A DNA stretch of 64,000 bases from positions 105,665 through 169,664 of the forward strand of contig JABAQU010000015.1 of NCBI GenBank assembly GCA_019187185.1, given 5' to 3'. Source of the stretch: Steroidobacteraceae bacterium. GTDB lineage: Bacteria > Pseudomonadota > Gammaproteobacteria > Steroidobacterales > Steroidobacteraceae. The notes below the pieces were generated by a model, which was given only the letters and a program-made list of their open reading frames with translations, did no database searches and was not told the origin of the DNA. Both the position numbers and the translations under genes were made by a program. Each line of letters starts with the position of its first letter. The stretch's first letter is position 1. This document shows, piece by piece, positions 34,526-43,165 of this stretch.

Positions 34526-35707
34526 GTGAACACCTTGATGGACGCAGCCTGCATCGTCGGCATCGGCCAGACGGCGGTCTGCCGCAAACCGGGGTCGGGC
34601 CTCAGCCAGATGGCGCTGCAGCTGAAGGCGGTGGCGGCCGCGCTCGAAGACGCCGGCCTCACGGCCCGCGACATCGACGGCATCATGCCGTTTCCCAATC
34701 TCGGCCGCGCCGAGGCTTTCGCCGCGAGTCTCGGTTGCGAGAACCTGCGTTTCGCCGCGACGCTGAACCTCGGCGGCGCGGCGCCGGTGGCGGCGCTGCG
34801 CGTGGCGGCGATGGCGGTCGCGACCGGCAGCGCGAACCATGTGCTCGTGCCCGGCGGCTGGAACGGCTATTCCGGGGCACGGACGCGCGAGATTGCCGCC
34901 ACCGACTCCGAGTCGATCCCCGGCGCCGCGATCGCGCGCGACTACTACCTGCCCTACGGCCTGTCGGCGCCCCCGCAATGGTACGCATTGATGGCGCAGC
35001 GGCACATGCAGGAGTACGGCACGCGCAGCGAGCAGCTCGGAGCGGTGGCGATCGCGATGCGAAGACACGCACAGCTGAATCCCGACGCATTGATGCACGG
35101 CAAGCCGATGACGATGGATGACTACCTCGACTCGCCGATGATCAGCGCGCCGTACCGCCTGCTCGACTGCTGCCTCGAGACCGACGGCGCGGCCGCCTTC
35201 ATCGTCACCTCGACCGAGCGGGCACGCGACCTGCGCGGGCGGGCGGTGTCGATCATGGGCGCCGCATCGGGCCAGCCCTATCCGGCCGACGACATCTTCA
35301 ATCGCAAGGACTTCCATCGCATCGGCCTCACGACCGCGGCGCCGGAGGCCTTCGCGATGGCAGGCGTGACACCGGCCGAGGTGGACTTCGCACAGATCTA
35401 CGACTGCTTTACGTTCGAGGTGATCCAGCAGATCGAGGAGGCCGGCTTCTGCCGGCGCGGAGAGGGCGGGGCGTTCGTCGAGAACGGCGGCATCGAACTC
35501 GGCGGCCGGCTGCCCGTCAACACGCACGGTGGCCTCCTGTCCCAGGCTCATCTCCTCGGGCTCGGTCACGTGGTGGAGGCCGTGCGCCAGTTGCGCGGCG
35601 AGGCGGGCGAACGCCAGGTGAAGAACGCGCAGATCGGCGTCGTCACGGGCTGGGGCGATTTCGGTGACGGCAGCATCGCGATCCTCTGCCGCGGAGAGCA
35701 ACGATGA
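34526..35707 (+). CDS. thiolase-fold protein lacking the nucleophile Cys (Ltp2/aldolase-like), DUF35-associated
   Basis: 393 aa. GTG start, with ATG alternative at 34538. The nucleophile position reads TLNLGGAAPVAAL, with Gly where thiolases have Cys. C-terminal VNTHGGLLSQAHLLGLGH. Confidence 0.8.
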   Translation: MNTLMDAACIVGIGQTAVCRKPGSGLSQMALQLKAVAAALEDAGLTARDIDGIMPFPNLGRAEAFAASLGCENLRFAATLNLGGAAPVAALRVAAMAVATGSANHVLVPGGWNGYSGARTREIAATDSESIPGAAIARDYYLPYGLSAPPQWYALMAQRHMQEYGTRSEQLGAVAIAMRRHAQLNPDALMHGKPMTMDDYLDSPMISAPYRLLDCCLETDGAAAFIVTSTERARDLRGRAVSIMGAASGQPYPADDIFNRKDFHRIGLTTAAPEAFAMAGVTPAEVDFAQIYDCFTFEVIQQIEEAGFCRRGEGGAFVENGGIELGGRLPVNTHGGLLSQAHLLGLGHVVEAVRQLRGEAGERQVKNAQIGVVTGWGDFGDGSIAILCRGEQR

Positions 35708-36111
35708 CGCGTCCCCTGCCGGCGATGACCGGCCTGACGGCACAGTTCTATGAATGGTGCAGCCGCGGCGAACTGCGCTTCCAGCGCTGCAGCCGCTGCG
35801 CCACGTTCCGCCATGTGCCGCGCGACCTGTGTGCCGAGTGCGGCTCGTTCGACTGGGAATGGGCGCGCTCGAGTGGCAACGGCACGGTGTTCACGTACAC
35901 CATCGTCGCCCGCGCACTGCATCCGGGCTTTGCCGACGCGGTTCCGTATGCGGCCGCCGTCATCGAACTCGCCGAGGGGGTGCGCATCCTCGGGAACATC
36001 GTCGACTGCCCACCCGGGGAACTGCGCATCGGCATGCCCGTGCGCGTCGATTTCGAGCGTCAATCCGACGCGGTCACGCTGCCGGTCTTTCGCCGCGCCC
36101 TCACCACCTGA
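35704..36111 (+). CDS. DUF35 OB-fold / zinc-ribbon protein
   Basis: 135 aa. ATGA overlap with the thiolase-like gene. CSRCATFRHVPRDLCAECGS zinc ribbon followed by the OB fold (GTVFTYTIV...YAAAVIELAEGVRILG). Confidence 0.85.
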   Translation: MTRPLPAMTGLTAQFYEWCSRGELRFQRCSRCATFRHVPRDLCAECGSFDWEWARSSGNGTVFTYTIVARALHPGFADAVPYAAAVIELAEGVRILGNIVDCPPGELRIGMPVRVDFERQSDAVTLPVFRRALTT

Positions 36112-36955
36112 AATCGTGCGGCGGCCGTTCGTCGAAGTGCGGCAGGTCGTCTTCGGCATCGATCCAGCCGGCCCGCGAGCCGAAGTAGATATGGCAGCGC
36201 GTGCGCACGCCGGGATCGGCGTCGAGTGACCCTGCCGTGATGAACGCGACATCTCCGATGACGGACGGCACCGACGCGCCGCACTCGCCGCAGAAGGTGA
36301 CGAGGTAGCGCGCAGCCTCCGGCAGCTGCCAGCGACGGATCGATGCTGCGCCGCTCAGGAACGTGAGTCCGGAGGCTGCACAGGCGAGCGCCACGAGATA
36401 ACTGCTGCCGGAGCGGCGCCTGCAGCGCGAACAATGGCAGGCGCGCATGGCGTAGAGCCGCGCGCCGATCTCGTAGCGCACCGCGCCACACAGGCAGTGG
36501 CCCGTGACCGTTGACGACACGGCGAGAGGCGCCGCAGGTTCGAGCCTGCTGACCGCCGGTGTCGACGCCGCATGTCGCGATCCGGGATGGCACGGCAGGC
36601 TGGCCATGGCCGGCATCCAGGACCCGCGCCCCGCGACGTGTGCGTGCCAGGCCGGTCTCAGGCCCCCGACGTCGTCGAGCCCGCCGGCCGGCAGCAGCGC
36701 GGCGCTGCCGTCACGGCGTTCCGCGGGCAGCTGGCTCGCGCAATTAGCGCAGAACGAGCGCACGAGCGGTCCCGCGCCGGCGATGCGAACGCGGCGATGC
36801 GTGCCGGCCTCCCAGTGCACGCCGGTGGCTTCAATCCATGTGCCGAAGCCGACGCCGCTCGCCCTCGCGCACGAAGCGCAATGGCAGTACCACATGTCGC
36901 CGGCAGGACCGGACGCCGCGTATCGAACCTCGCCGCACAGGCAATGGCCGCGCAT
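36101..36955 (-). CDS. tandem GFA-domain protein (two glutathione-dependent formaldehyde-activating / CENP-V-like domains)
   Basis: 284 aa. Two copies of the GFA Cys pattern: GHCLCGEVRY...YCHCASCARASG and GHCLCGAVRY...ACHCSRCRRRSG. The 3' end overlaps the convergent DUF35 gene by 11 nt. Confidence 0.8.
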   Translation of the reverse strand: MRGHCLCGEVRYAASGPAGDMWYCHCASCARASGVGFGTWIEATGVHWEAGTHRRVRIAGAGPLVRSFCANCASQLPAERRDGSAALLPAGGLDDVGGLRPAWHAHVAGRGSWMPAMASLPCHPGSRHAASTPAVSRLEPAAPLAVSSTVTGHCLCGAVRYEIGARLYAMRACHCSRCRRRSGSSYLVALACAASGLTFLSGAASIRRWQLPEAARYLVTFCGECGASVPSVIGDVAFITAGSLDADPGVRTRCHIYFGSRAGWIDAEDDLPHFDERPPHDFRW

Positions 36956-37704
36956 CAGCCCTCGAAGCGCAGCAAGGCGTCGGGACTGGCCGTGAAATCG
37001 CGCCGGTATCCTTCGATCCGTTCTGCACGCTGCACGACCGGCGTGCTGTAGGAGTAGCAGACGCCATCGGGCATGCCGTCGCCGATGGCCGGGTGTTCCC
37101 TGACAGGGGTGACGATGAAGCGGCGCGTCTGGGCGACGAGGTACCCGCGCTGCAGCAGCAATGCCGCCTCGAGGTCACTGTCCGTGAAGACTTCGCTGGC
37201 CCAGCCGTGAAATCCCTGCATGACCGATCGCCCGACGAGTTCCCGCGGCTCGACGAGCAGGTGGCGCGCAACGGCCCACTCGTGCACGGTCCGACCGTCG
37301 CAGGTGATCCGCGCCCGCGTGCGGCCGTCACGTTCGTCGTCCACCGCGATGTCGTAGAGGCGCGTGAGTCCCGCCGCATCGACATGCGCCAGTGCGAGCG
37401 CCGTCATGTCCGTCACGTGCGTGCAACTGTGGCGCCTCGCGAGCGCGCGGCGCAGGTCGGGCACGGCGCCGAGCGACTGGCCGACGAACGCGAGCAGGAA
37501 CCTCGCCGACTCGGGGCAGGTCGTGAACGGATGCCGGACATACACCGGTTCGATCGCGGTGATGCACTGGCCGTCGTGCCGCAGCACCACGCGGAAAGCG
37601 TGCACGCTGTCCTCGAGATCGACATGCACCGCACGCGCCGCGACGCGCAGTCGCACCCGGCGCCGGAAGATGCCGCTGCCGTAATCCGGATTCGGCGGCA
37701 GCAT
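36955..37704 (-). CDS. hypothetical protein, DUF2889-like
   Basis: 249 aa. Good coding-like composition. TGATG stop/start overlap with the downstream GFA gene. The DUF2889 assignment is from memory of the family pattern only. Confidence 0.55.
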   Translation of the reverse strand: MLPPNPDYGSGIFRRRVRLRVAARAVHVDLEDSVHAFRVVLRHDGQCITAIEPVYVRHPFTTCPESARFLLAFVGQSLGAVPDLRRALARRHSCTHVTDMTALALAHVDAAGLTRLYDIAVDDERDGRTRARITCDGRTVHEWAVARHLLVEPRELVGRSVMQGFHGWASEVFTDSDLEAALLLQRGYLVAQTRRFIVTPVREHPAIGDGMPDGVCYSYSTPVVQRAERIEGYRRDFTASPDALLRFEG

Positions 37705-37707
37705 GCG

Positions 37708-38961
37708 TCAGCCGAGTGCGCCGGCCGCCTTCAGATCGGCACAGCGCTGTGCGTCGTAACCGAGGACTTCGCGCAGTACCTGGCCCGTATGTTCGCCGAC
37801 GGTCGGCGCGATGGCGGGTGCGGGCAACTGCTCACCGACGAACTGCACCGGGAAACCGAGCATGTCCGCGCCGTGGGTTTCGTGCGGCAGGATCTGGAAC
37901 CGGGCCTTGAACTGCGGGTCGTCGACGATGTTCTGCGGGGTGTTCACGGGCGCAATCGGCGTGTTGGCCTCGGCGCTGAACTTGAGCCACTGCTGGCTGG
38001 TCCTCGTCTTGAAGATGTCGCGCAGCTCGGCCTGCAGCGCACGGTTGCCGCGTGCATGGTCGGCGTACTTCGAGCCGGGCCACTTTTCGAACAGGTCCAT
38101 GCGCCCGACGCCCGCACAGAAGTTCTTCCAGAACGCCTGCTCGGAGGCCATGAACAGCACGTGGCCATCGCTGGATTCGTAGAGCTGATAGCGCACGCCT
38201 TCACGCATGCCGGCCGTCGCGACCGGGCGGCGCTGGTAGCCGTCGGCCTTGTTGCCGGTGACGACGTCTTCGGGCCGCGCATACGCCATGTGGCTTTCGC
38301 TGCGGTACCAGTCGAACGCGGCGGCTGCATCGCTCTGGGCGAGTTCCATGAAGCAGCCGACGCCCGTGGCGCGGGCCCGTATGACGCCCGCCAGCACGGC
38401 GAGGCCGCCGAAGAGCGGTGCGGCATTGATGCCGATGCCGACATGTTCCGGGATGTAGCAGAAGCCCTCGTCATCGTAGGCCGGCTTGCAGGTGCCCGAC
38501 CAGGTGTCGTACGCGATGCCGTGCGAAGGCATGTCCTTGTAGGGCCCGGTCATGCCATAGCCCGAGACCGTGCAGAACACGATGCGGGGATTGATCTTGC
38601 GCAGGTCCTCGTAGCCGAGCTTGTTCCGCGCGAGCGCACCCGGCTTCGAGGCCTCGATGACGACGTCCGCACCCTTGACGAGTTCCCGATAGACCTCGCG
38701 CGCGGCCTCGACCTTGAGGTCGAGCGTGATGCTCTTCTTGCCGCGGTTCAGGTGATAGTGCATCAGCGAGATGCCCTGGATGATCGGCCAGGTCATCTCG
38801 CGGATGTAATCACCGGCGGGCGTTTCGACCTTGATGACGTCGGCACCGAGGTCCGCGAACGCCGTCGTGATCGCGGCGGGCCCGAGGATCGAGCTTTCGA
38901 TGACGCGCACACCCGCCAGCGGGGCGGGTGTGGTGGCCACCTCACTTGGCCGGCTTGACAC
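37708..38961 (-). CDS. family III (CaiB/BaiF) CoA-transferase
   Basis: 417 aa. VRVIESSILGPAAITTAFADLGADVIKVETP, SGYGMTGPYKDMPSHGIAYD. Confidence 0.9.
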   Translation of the reverse strand: MSSRPSEVATTPAPLAGVRVIESSILGPAAITTAFADLGADVIKVETPAGDYIREMTWPIIQGISLMHYHLNRGKKSITLDLKVEAAREVYRELVKGADVVIEASKPGALARNKLGYEDLRKINPRIVFCTVSGYGMTGPYKDMPSHGIAYDTWSGTCKPAYDDEGFCYIPEHVGIGINAAPLFGGLAVLAGVIRARATGVGCFMELAQSDAAAAFDWYRSESHMAYARPEDVVTGNKADGYQRRPVATAGMREGVRYQLYESSDGHVLFMASEQAFWKNFCAGVGRMDLFEKWPGSKYADHARGNRALQAELRDIFKTRTSQQWLKFSAEANTPIAPVNTPQNIVDDPQFKARFQILPHETHGADMLGFPVQFVGEQLPAPAIAPTVGEHTGQVLREVLGYDAQRCADLKAAGALG

Positions 38962-39922
38962 GCTTCACCGGGTCGATGCCCGTCAGCTTCGCGAGGTTGA
39001 GGCCGAGGATCTTGGCCTTGTCCTCGTCGGTAATCTGCGCGTAGCCCCACTTCTCCTGCAGCTCTTCCGGCATGTCGAGATTGCGGATGTAGTCGGTGAC
39101 CCGCGGCAGATCGTCGAAGGGCAGGTCGAAGCCGAGCACGATCTTGTCCGCCGGCACCCACTGCAGCGCGGTGCCGATCACGTGATAGCCGCGGTAGGGC
39201 GAGCGCTGATACCAGCCGAATACGCCCGAGAGGCTCATGTAGAGGTTCTTGTGCTTGCCGCAGAGCCCGATCAGCTCTTCCGTGTACGGCCAGCCCGCGT
39301 GGTAGGCGATCATCTTGAGTTCGGGGAACGAGAGTGCCACGTCATCGAGCTGCGACGGATGGCAATGGCTGTTCGGCTGCGGGCACACATAGCTGACCCC
39401 GGTGTGCAGCGTGAGCGGAATGCCGAGTTCCTGCGCCTTTTCGTAGAAGGGCCACAGCCGCTTGTCGTTGATCGGGCCGTCGTCCTCCGGCTGGTAGACC
39501 TTGCAGAGCTTCGCGCCCTTTTCCTTTACCAGGTACTCGAGTTCCCAGTTCGCGTGCTTGATGCCGCGACGGATGACGGGCCCGACATTTGCCTCGAGGT
39601 ACATCCGGTTCGGGTACGGCTCGATCTGCTGCAGCATGAAGCCGTTGGTCGAGAACGACACGACACCGCCCGTGATGTCCATCATCGGCTCGCGCAGGCA
39701 GAATGCGACGTCGACACCGGCCTTGTCCATGTAGGGCGCCAGCTCGCTCGCGAGCGGCGCGGGCCACGGGTCGTCCATGCTGCGCCCTGACCACGCACGC
39801 AGTACCCCGCTCACGCTCGAGTGGAAGTGGTGCATGCCGGGGTAGTAGCCGATTTCACTCAGGGTCTGCGTGTTCATGAAGTGAAATTCGGTCATCGCGA
39901 CGAAGAAATCTTTCTTGCTCAT
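38942..39922 (-). CDS. amidohydrolase_2 family protein (ACMSD/LigW/LigJ-type decarboxylase, hydratase or lactonase fold)
   Basis: 326 aa. IPLTLHTG, KMIAYHAGWPY, LGFDLPF motifs. Its 3' end overlaps the downstream CoA-transferase start by 20 nt. Confidence 0.8.
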   Translation of the reverse strand: MSKKDFFVAMTEFHFMNTQTLSEIGYYPGMHHFHSSVSGVLRAWSGRSMDDPWPAPLASELAPYMDKAGVDVAFCLREPMMDITGGVVSFSTNGFMLQQIEPYPNRMYLEANVGPVIRRGIKHANWELEYLVKEKGAKLCKVYQPEDDGPINDKRLWPFYEKAQELGIPLTLHTGVSYVCPQPNSHCHPSQLDDVALSFPELKMIAYHAGWPYTEELIGLCGKHKNLYMSLSGVFGWYQRSPYRGYHVIGTALQWVPADKIVLGFDLPFDDLPRVTDYIRNLDMPEELQEKWGYAQITDEDKAKILGLNLAKLTGIDPVKRVKPAK

Positions 39923-40067
39923 GTGCCGGATCCTGCGTTGGAAGACTGGGCCGAAAGGGGAAGGAATGCGATCGACGGGGGCGGCGGGCAGGCCGGCCGA
40001 GTATCGGCAACGACCCTTGCAGCCACCACGTCCGATAGGACTACCAGATTCGAGGCTCGTTCCGCCA

Positions 40068-40745
40068 CTAATTCTGCTTCGGCACGCCCGTGATGCGGAT
40101 GCCGGAGGCGGGCACCTTGTAGCGCTGGTTGATGGCGATCAGGACCGACGTCAGCGCTTCCGCCACGACGGAATTGGCGAGCACGCCGGCGTACCAGGCG
40201 CCGAGCCCGATCGCGCTGGCGAGCCCGATCACCGTGTCGGCCGACGCCCGGTCGTTGCTGCAGACGAGCACCTCGCACTCGATCTTGTGGTTCAGGTCCT
40301 TCAGGTGATGGGCGGAAATGTTCTGGAACGCCGAGACGACCTTGACCTCGTCACCGAGCAGGTCCTGCATCGCCTCGACGGCGGAGCGGCCCCCGGGCAG
40401 CTGGACGCGGCTCACCTTCGGCGGCACGAGCGGTACCGTGACATCGACGAGGATCTTGCCGGCGAGGGCGTGGCGCACGTCCTCCACGGTCTGCCGCTGT
40501 GCGGCAAAGGGGACCGTCAGCACGACGATGCTGGCGGCCGCCGCGGCGGCCGGGTTGTCGAGGCCGCGGGCCCCATCGCGCCCGAGCAGCTCGTTGATTT
40601 CGCGGGCGGCCTGTTCGGCCTTTTCGGCCGTGCGACTGCCGATGATCACGGGGAAGCCGGCGTGCGCCCACCGGAACGCGAGCCCGCTGCCTTCCTTGCC
40701 CGAGCCGCCGAGGACTGCGATGACCGGGCGCGATTCGTCGTGCAT
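40068..40745 (-). CDS. npdG: NADPH-dependent F420 reductase (F420H2:NADP+ oxidoreductase)
   Basis: 225 aa from ATG 40745, with AGGAGA upstream. VIAVLGGSGKEGSGLAFRWAHAGFPVIIGSRTAEKAEQAA and NSVVAEALTSVLIAIN are typical of Fno/NpdG. The ORF-track extension to 41240 was rejected. Confidence 0.85.
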   Translation of the reverse strand: MHDESRPVIAVLGGSGKEGSGLAFRWAHAGFPVIIGSRTAEKAEQAAREINELLGRDGARGLDNPAAAAAASIVVLTVPFAAQRQTVEDVRHALAGKILVDVTVPLVPPKVSRVQLPGGRSAVEAMQDLLGDEVKVVSAFQNISAHHLKDLNHKIECEVLVCSNDRASADTVIGLASAIGLGAWYAGVLANSVVAEALTSVLIAINQRYKVPASGIRITGVPKQN

Positions 40746-40908
40746 CTGGGGTTCTCCTGATTTTCCCGACGGTATAGCAACCCGGCCGCCGGGCGTCCTA
40801 CCCCATTGGGACGACACGGGTTTCTGGTCCGAGTGGACGAGGCCAAGGGCACGTAATCCTGTCAGCCTCCTCGCCGGCCGGACGACGGATACCGTGAGGA
40901 GCCGCTCG

Positions 40909-41736
40909 ATGAGGTATGCGAACAAGGTGGCCGTGGTGACCGGCGCGGGGCAGGGCATGGGCCGCGCCATCGCGCAGCGGCTCATGCGCGAGGGCGCCCG
41001 GGTCGTCGCGGTCGACGTCAACGAGGCGAACGCGCGCGAGACGATCGCGCAGGCGGGCGGCGACAGCGCCGGCATGGCGCGCGTCTGCAACATCGCCGAC
41101 AGCGCGGCGGTGAAGCAGCTGTTCGCTGCGGTCGATGAAAAGTACGGCCGGCTCGATGCGCTCGTGAACAATGCCGGCATCGGCAGCGCGCGCGGCGACG
41201 GCTTCGCCAAGCTGATGGCCCGCATGAGCGAGCGCGGCAAGCAGTTGGCACGCGGCGAGACGCCGACCGTCTATCCCGACATCACGATCGACATGGAGGA
41301 CGAGGGCTGGCACGGCGTGCTCAACGTGAACCTTCACGGCACCTTCTACTGCACGCGCGAGGCGGTGCGTCTCATGGTGAAGCACGGCATCAAGGGCGCG
41401 ATCGTCAACCTGTCGAGCACCTCGGCGCTGTCGGGCGAGGGTGCGCCGCACTACGCCGCGTCGAAAGCGGCCCTCGTCGGCATGGTGCGCAGCATGGCGC
41501 GGGAGCTCGGGCCGCGCGGCATCCGGATCAACAACGTGATGCCCGGGGCGGTCGAGACGCCGATCCTGAAGGGCGTCTCGCAGGAGTGGAAGAACCAGAT
41601 GATCGCGGCGATACCGCTCGGGCGCATCGCCGAGCCCGACGATATCGCCTCCGTCGTCGCCTTCCTCGCCTCGGACGAGGCGGCGATGATCACGGGCGCG
41701 GACATCGTCGCGAACGGCGGCTCGTATTTCAAGTGA
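40909..41736 (+). CDS. short-chain dehydrogenase/reductase (SDR)
   Basis: 275 aa from ATG 40909, with GTGAGGAG upstream. VAVVTGAGQGMGRA, NNAGI, YAASKAA. Carries an insertion of about 30 aa after NNAGI. Confidence 0.9.
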   Translation: MRYANKVAVVTGAGQGMGRAIAQRLMREGARVVAVDVNEANARETIAQAGGDSAGMARVCNIADSAAVKQLFAAVDEKYGRLDALVNNAGIGSARGDGFAKLMARMSERGKQLARGETPTVYPDITIDMEDEGWHGVLNVNLHGTFYCTREAVRLMVKHGIKGAIVNLSSTSALSGEGAPHYAASKAALVGMVRSMARELGPRGIRINNVMPGAVETPILKGVSQEWKNQMIAAIPLGRIAEPDDIASVVAFLASDEAAMITGADIVANGGSYFK

Positions 41737-41746
41737 GGAGAGCGGC

Positions 41747-42529
41747 ATGACGGGTCGGCTCGAAGGAAAAGTGGCATTCATCACCGGGGGCGGTTCCGGG
41801 ATCGGGGAGGCGACCGCACACCGCTTCACCGAAGAAGGCGCCACGGTCGTCATCTGCGGCCGGCGCAAGGAGCTGCTCGACGGCGTCGTCGCGGCGATCC
41901 GCGCCAGGGGCGGCAGGGCGGAAGCCGTCCAGGTCGATGTGGGCAACGAGGAACAGTATGTCGCGGCCCTCGACGATGCGGCGAAGCGCCACGGCAGGCT
42001 CGACATCCTCGTCAACAATGCGATGGCGTACTCGGTCGGGCCGATCGAGCGCACGTCGACAAACGACTGGCACGGAAATTTTTCGACGACCGTCGATGGC
42101 ACGTTCTGGGGCACCCGCGCGGCGTTGCGGCTCATGCGCAAGCAGGGCAAGGGCGGGGCGATCGTCAACGTCTCCTCGATCTGCGGCCTGTTCGGCGCGG
42201 CGTACATGGCCGGCTACAGCGCTGCGAAGGCCGCGATCATCAACTTCTCGCGCGCGGTGGCCGCCGAGGGGGGTGCACTCAACATCCGCTGCAATGTCGT
42301 GATCCCGGGCACGATCGAGACGCCGCCGATGGCCGAGATGCTGGCGGACGAGGAAGCGCGCAAGAAGACAGGCAAGCTGATACCGATGCGGCGTGTGGGC
42401 AGGCCGGAGGAGGTCGCGAACGCCATCCTGTTCCTCGCCTCGGACGAAGCGTCGTACGTGAACGGCGCCGCGCTGTCGGTCGATGGCGGGCAGGCATCGA
42501 CCCTGGTCATTGCCGCCGCGCTCGACTGA
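41747..42529 (+). CDS. short-chain dehydrogenase/reductase (SDR)
   Basis: 260 aa. VAFITGGGSGIGEA, NNAM, YSAAKAA. Confidence 0.9.
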   Translation: MTGRLEGKVAFITGGGSGIGEATAHRFTEEGATVVICGRRKELLDGVVAAIRARGGRAEAVQVDVGNEEQYVAALDDAAKRHGRLDILVNNAMAYSVGPIERTSTNDWHGNFSTTVDGTFWGTRAALRLMRKQGKGGAIVNVSSICGLFGAAYMAGYSAAKAAIINFSRAVAAEGGALNIRCNVVIPGTIETPPMAEMLADEEARKKTGKLIPMRRVGRPEEVANAILFLASDEASYVNGAALSVDGGQASTLVIAAALD

Positions 42530-42534
42530 CGCCG

Positions 42535-43164
42535 ATGGACGATCAGCAGATTCTCGCGCGGCTCGACCGCCTCGAATCGATCGAAGCGATCCGCGGTCTC
42601 GCCGCGAGATACTCGCTGTCGCTCGACATGCGAGACCTCGACGCGCACGTGAACCTCTTCGCGCCCGACATCCGCGTCAGTCGCGAGAAGGTCGGCCGCG
42701 CCCACCTGAAGTCGTGGCTGGACGAGACGCTGAGGGAGCAGTTCACGGGCACGTCGCATCACCTCGGCCAGCACATCATCGAGTTCAGCGACCCGGACCA
42801 CGCGATCGGGGTCGTGTACTCGAAGAACGAACACGAGTGCGGACCGGAATGGGTCATCATGCAGATGATCTACTGGGACGACTACGAGCGCATCGAGGGC
42901 CGCTGGTATTTTCGCCGCCGGCTGCCGTGCTACTGGTACGCGACCGACCTCAACAAGCCGCCGATCGGCGGGATGAAGATGCGCTGGCCGGGGCGCGAAC
43001 CCTACGACGGGGCCTACCACGATCTTTTCCCGTCCTGGAAGACGTTCTGGGCCGCGCGTCCGGACAAGGACAAGCTTCCGGAAGTCGCGCCACCCGCGCC
43101 GCTCGAACACTTCCTCGAAACGATGCGCCGGGGTGCACCCGTCCCGAAGATCCGGGTGCGCTGA
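42535..43164 (+). CDS. SnoaL-like / NTF2-fold protein (SnoaL_4) with C-terminal extension
   Basis: 209 aa. LDRLESIEAIRGLAARYSLSLDMRD...WDDYERIEGRWYFRRR. Second member of this fold in the window. Confidence 0.75.
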   Translation: MDDQQILARLDRLESIEAIRGLAARYSLSLDMRDLDAHVNLFAPDIRVSREKVGRAHLKSWLDETLREQFTGTSHHLGQHIIEFSDPDHAIGVVYSKNEHECGPEWVIMQMIYWDDYERIEGRWYFRRRLPCYWYATDLNKPPIGGMKMRWPGREPYDGAYHDLFPSWKTFWAARPDKDKLPEVAPPAPLEHFLETMRRGAPVPKIRVR

Positions 43165-43165
43165 C

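Noticed and set aside
33548-35743. 731-aa ORF on the minus strand
   Set aside because: It lies antisense to the MenB-like and thiolase-like genes and has the same high-GC artefact signature.
36838-38958. 706-aa ORF on the plus strand
   Set aside because: It lies antisense to the DUF2889-like and CoA-transferase genes, which carry convincing motifs on the minus strand.
40746-41240. Upstream extension of the npdG ORF (390-aa version)
   Set aside because: The NADP-binding GxGxxG fold starts right after the Met at 40745, which has an AGGAGA RBS. The extension overlaps the divergent SDR gene and is Ala/Ser/Arg-rich.
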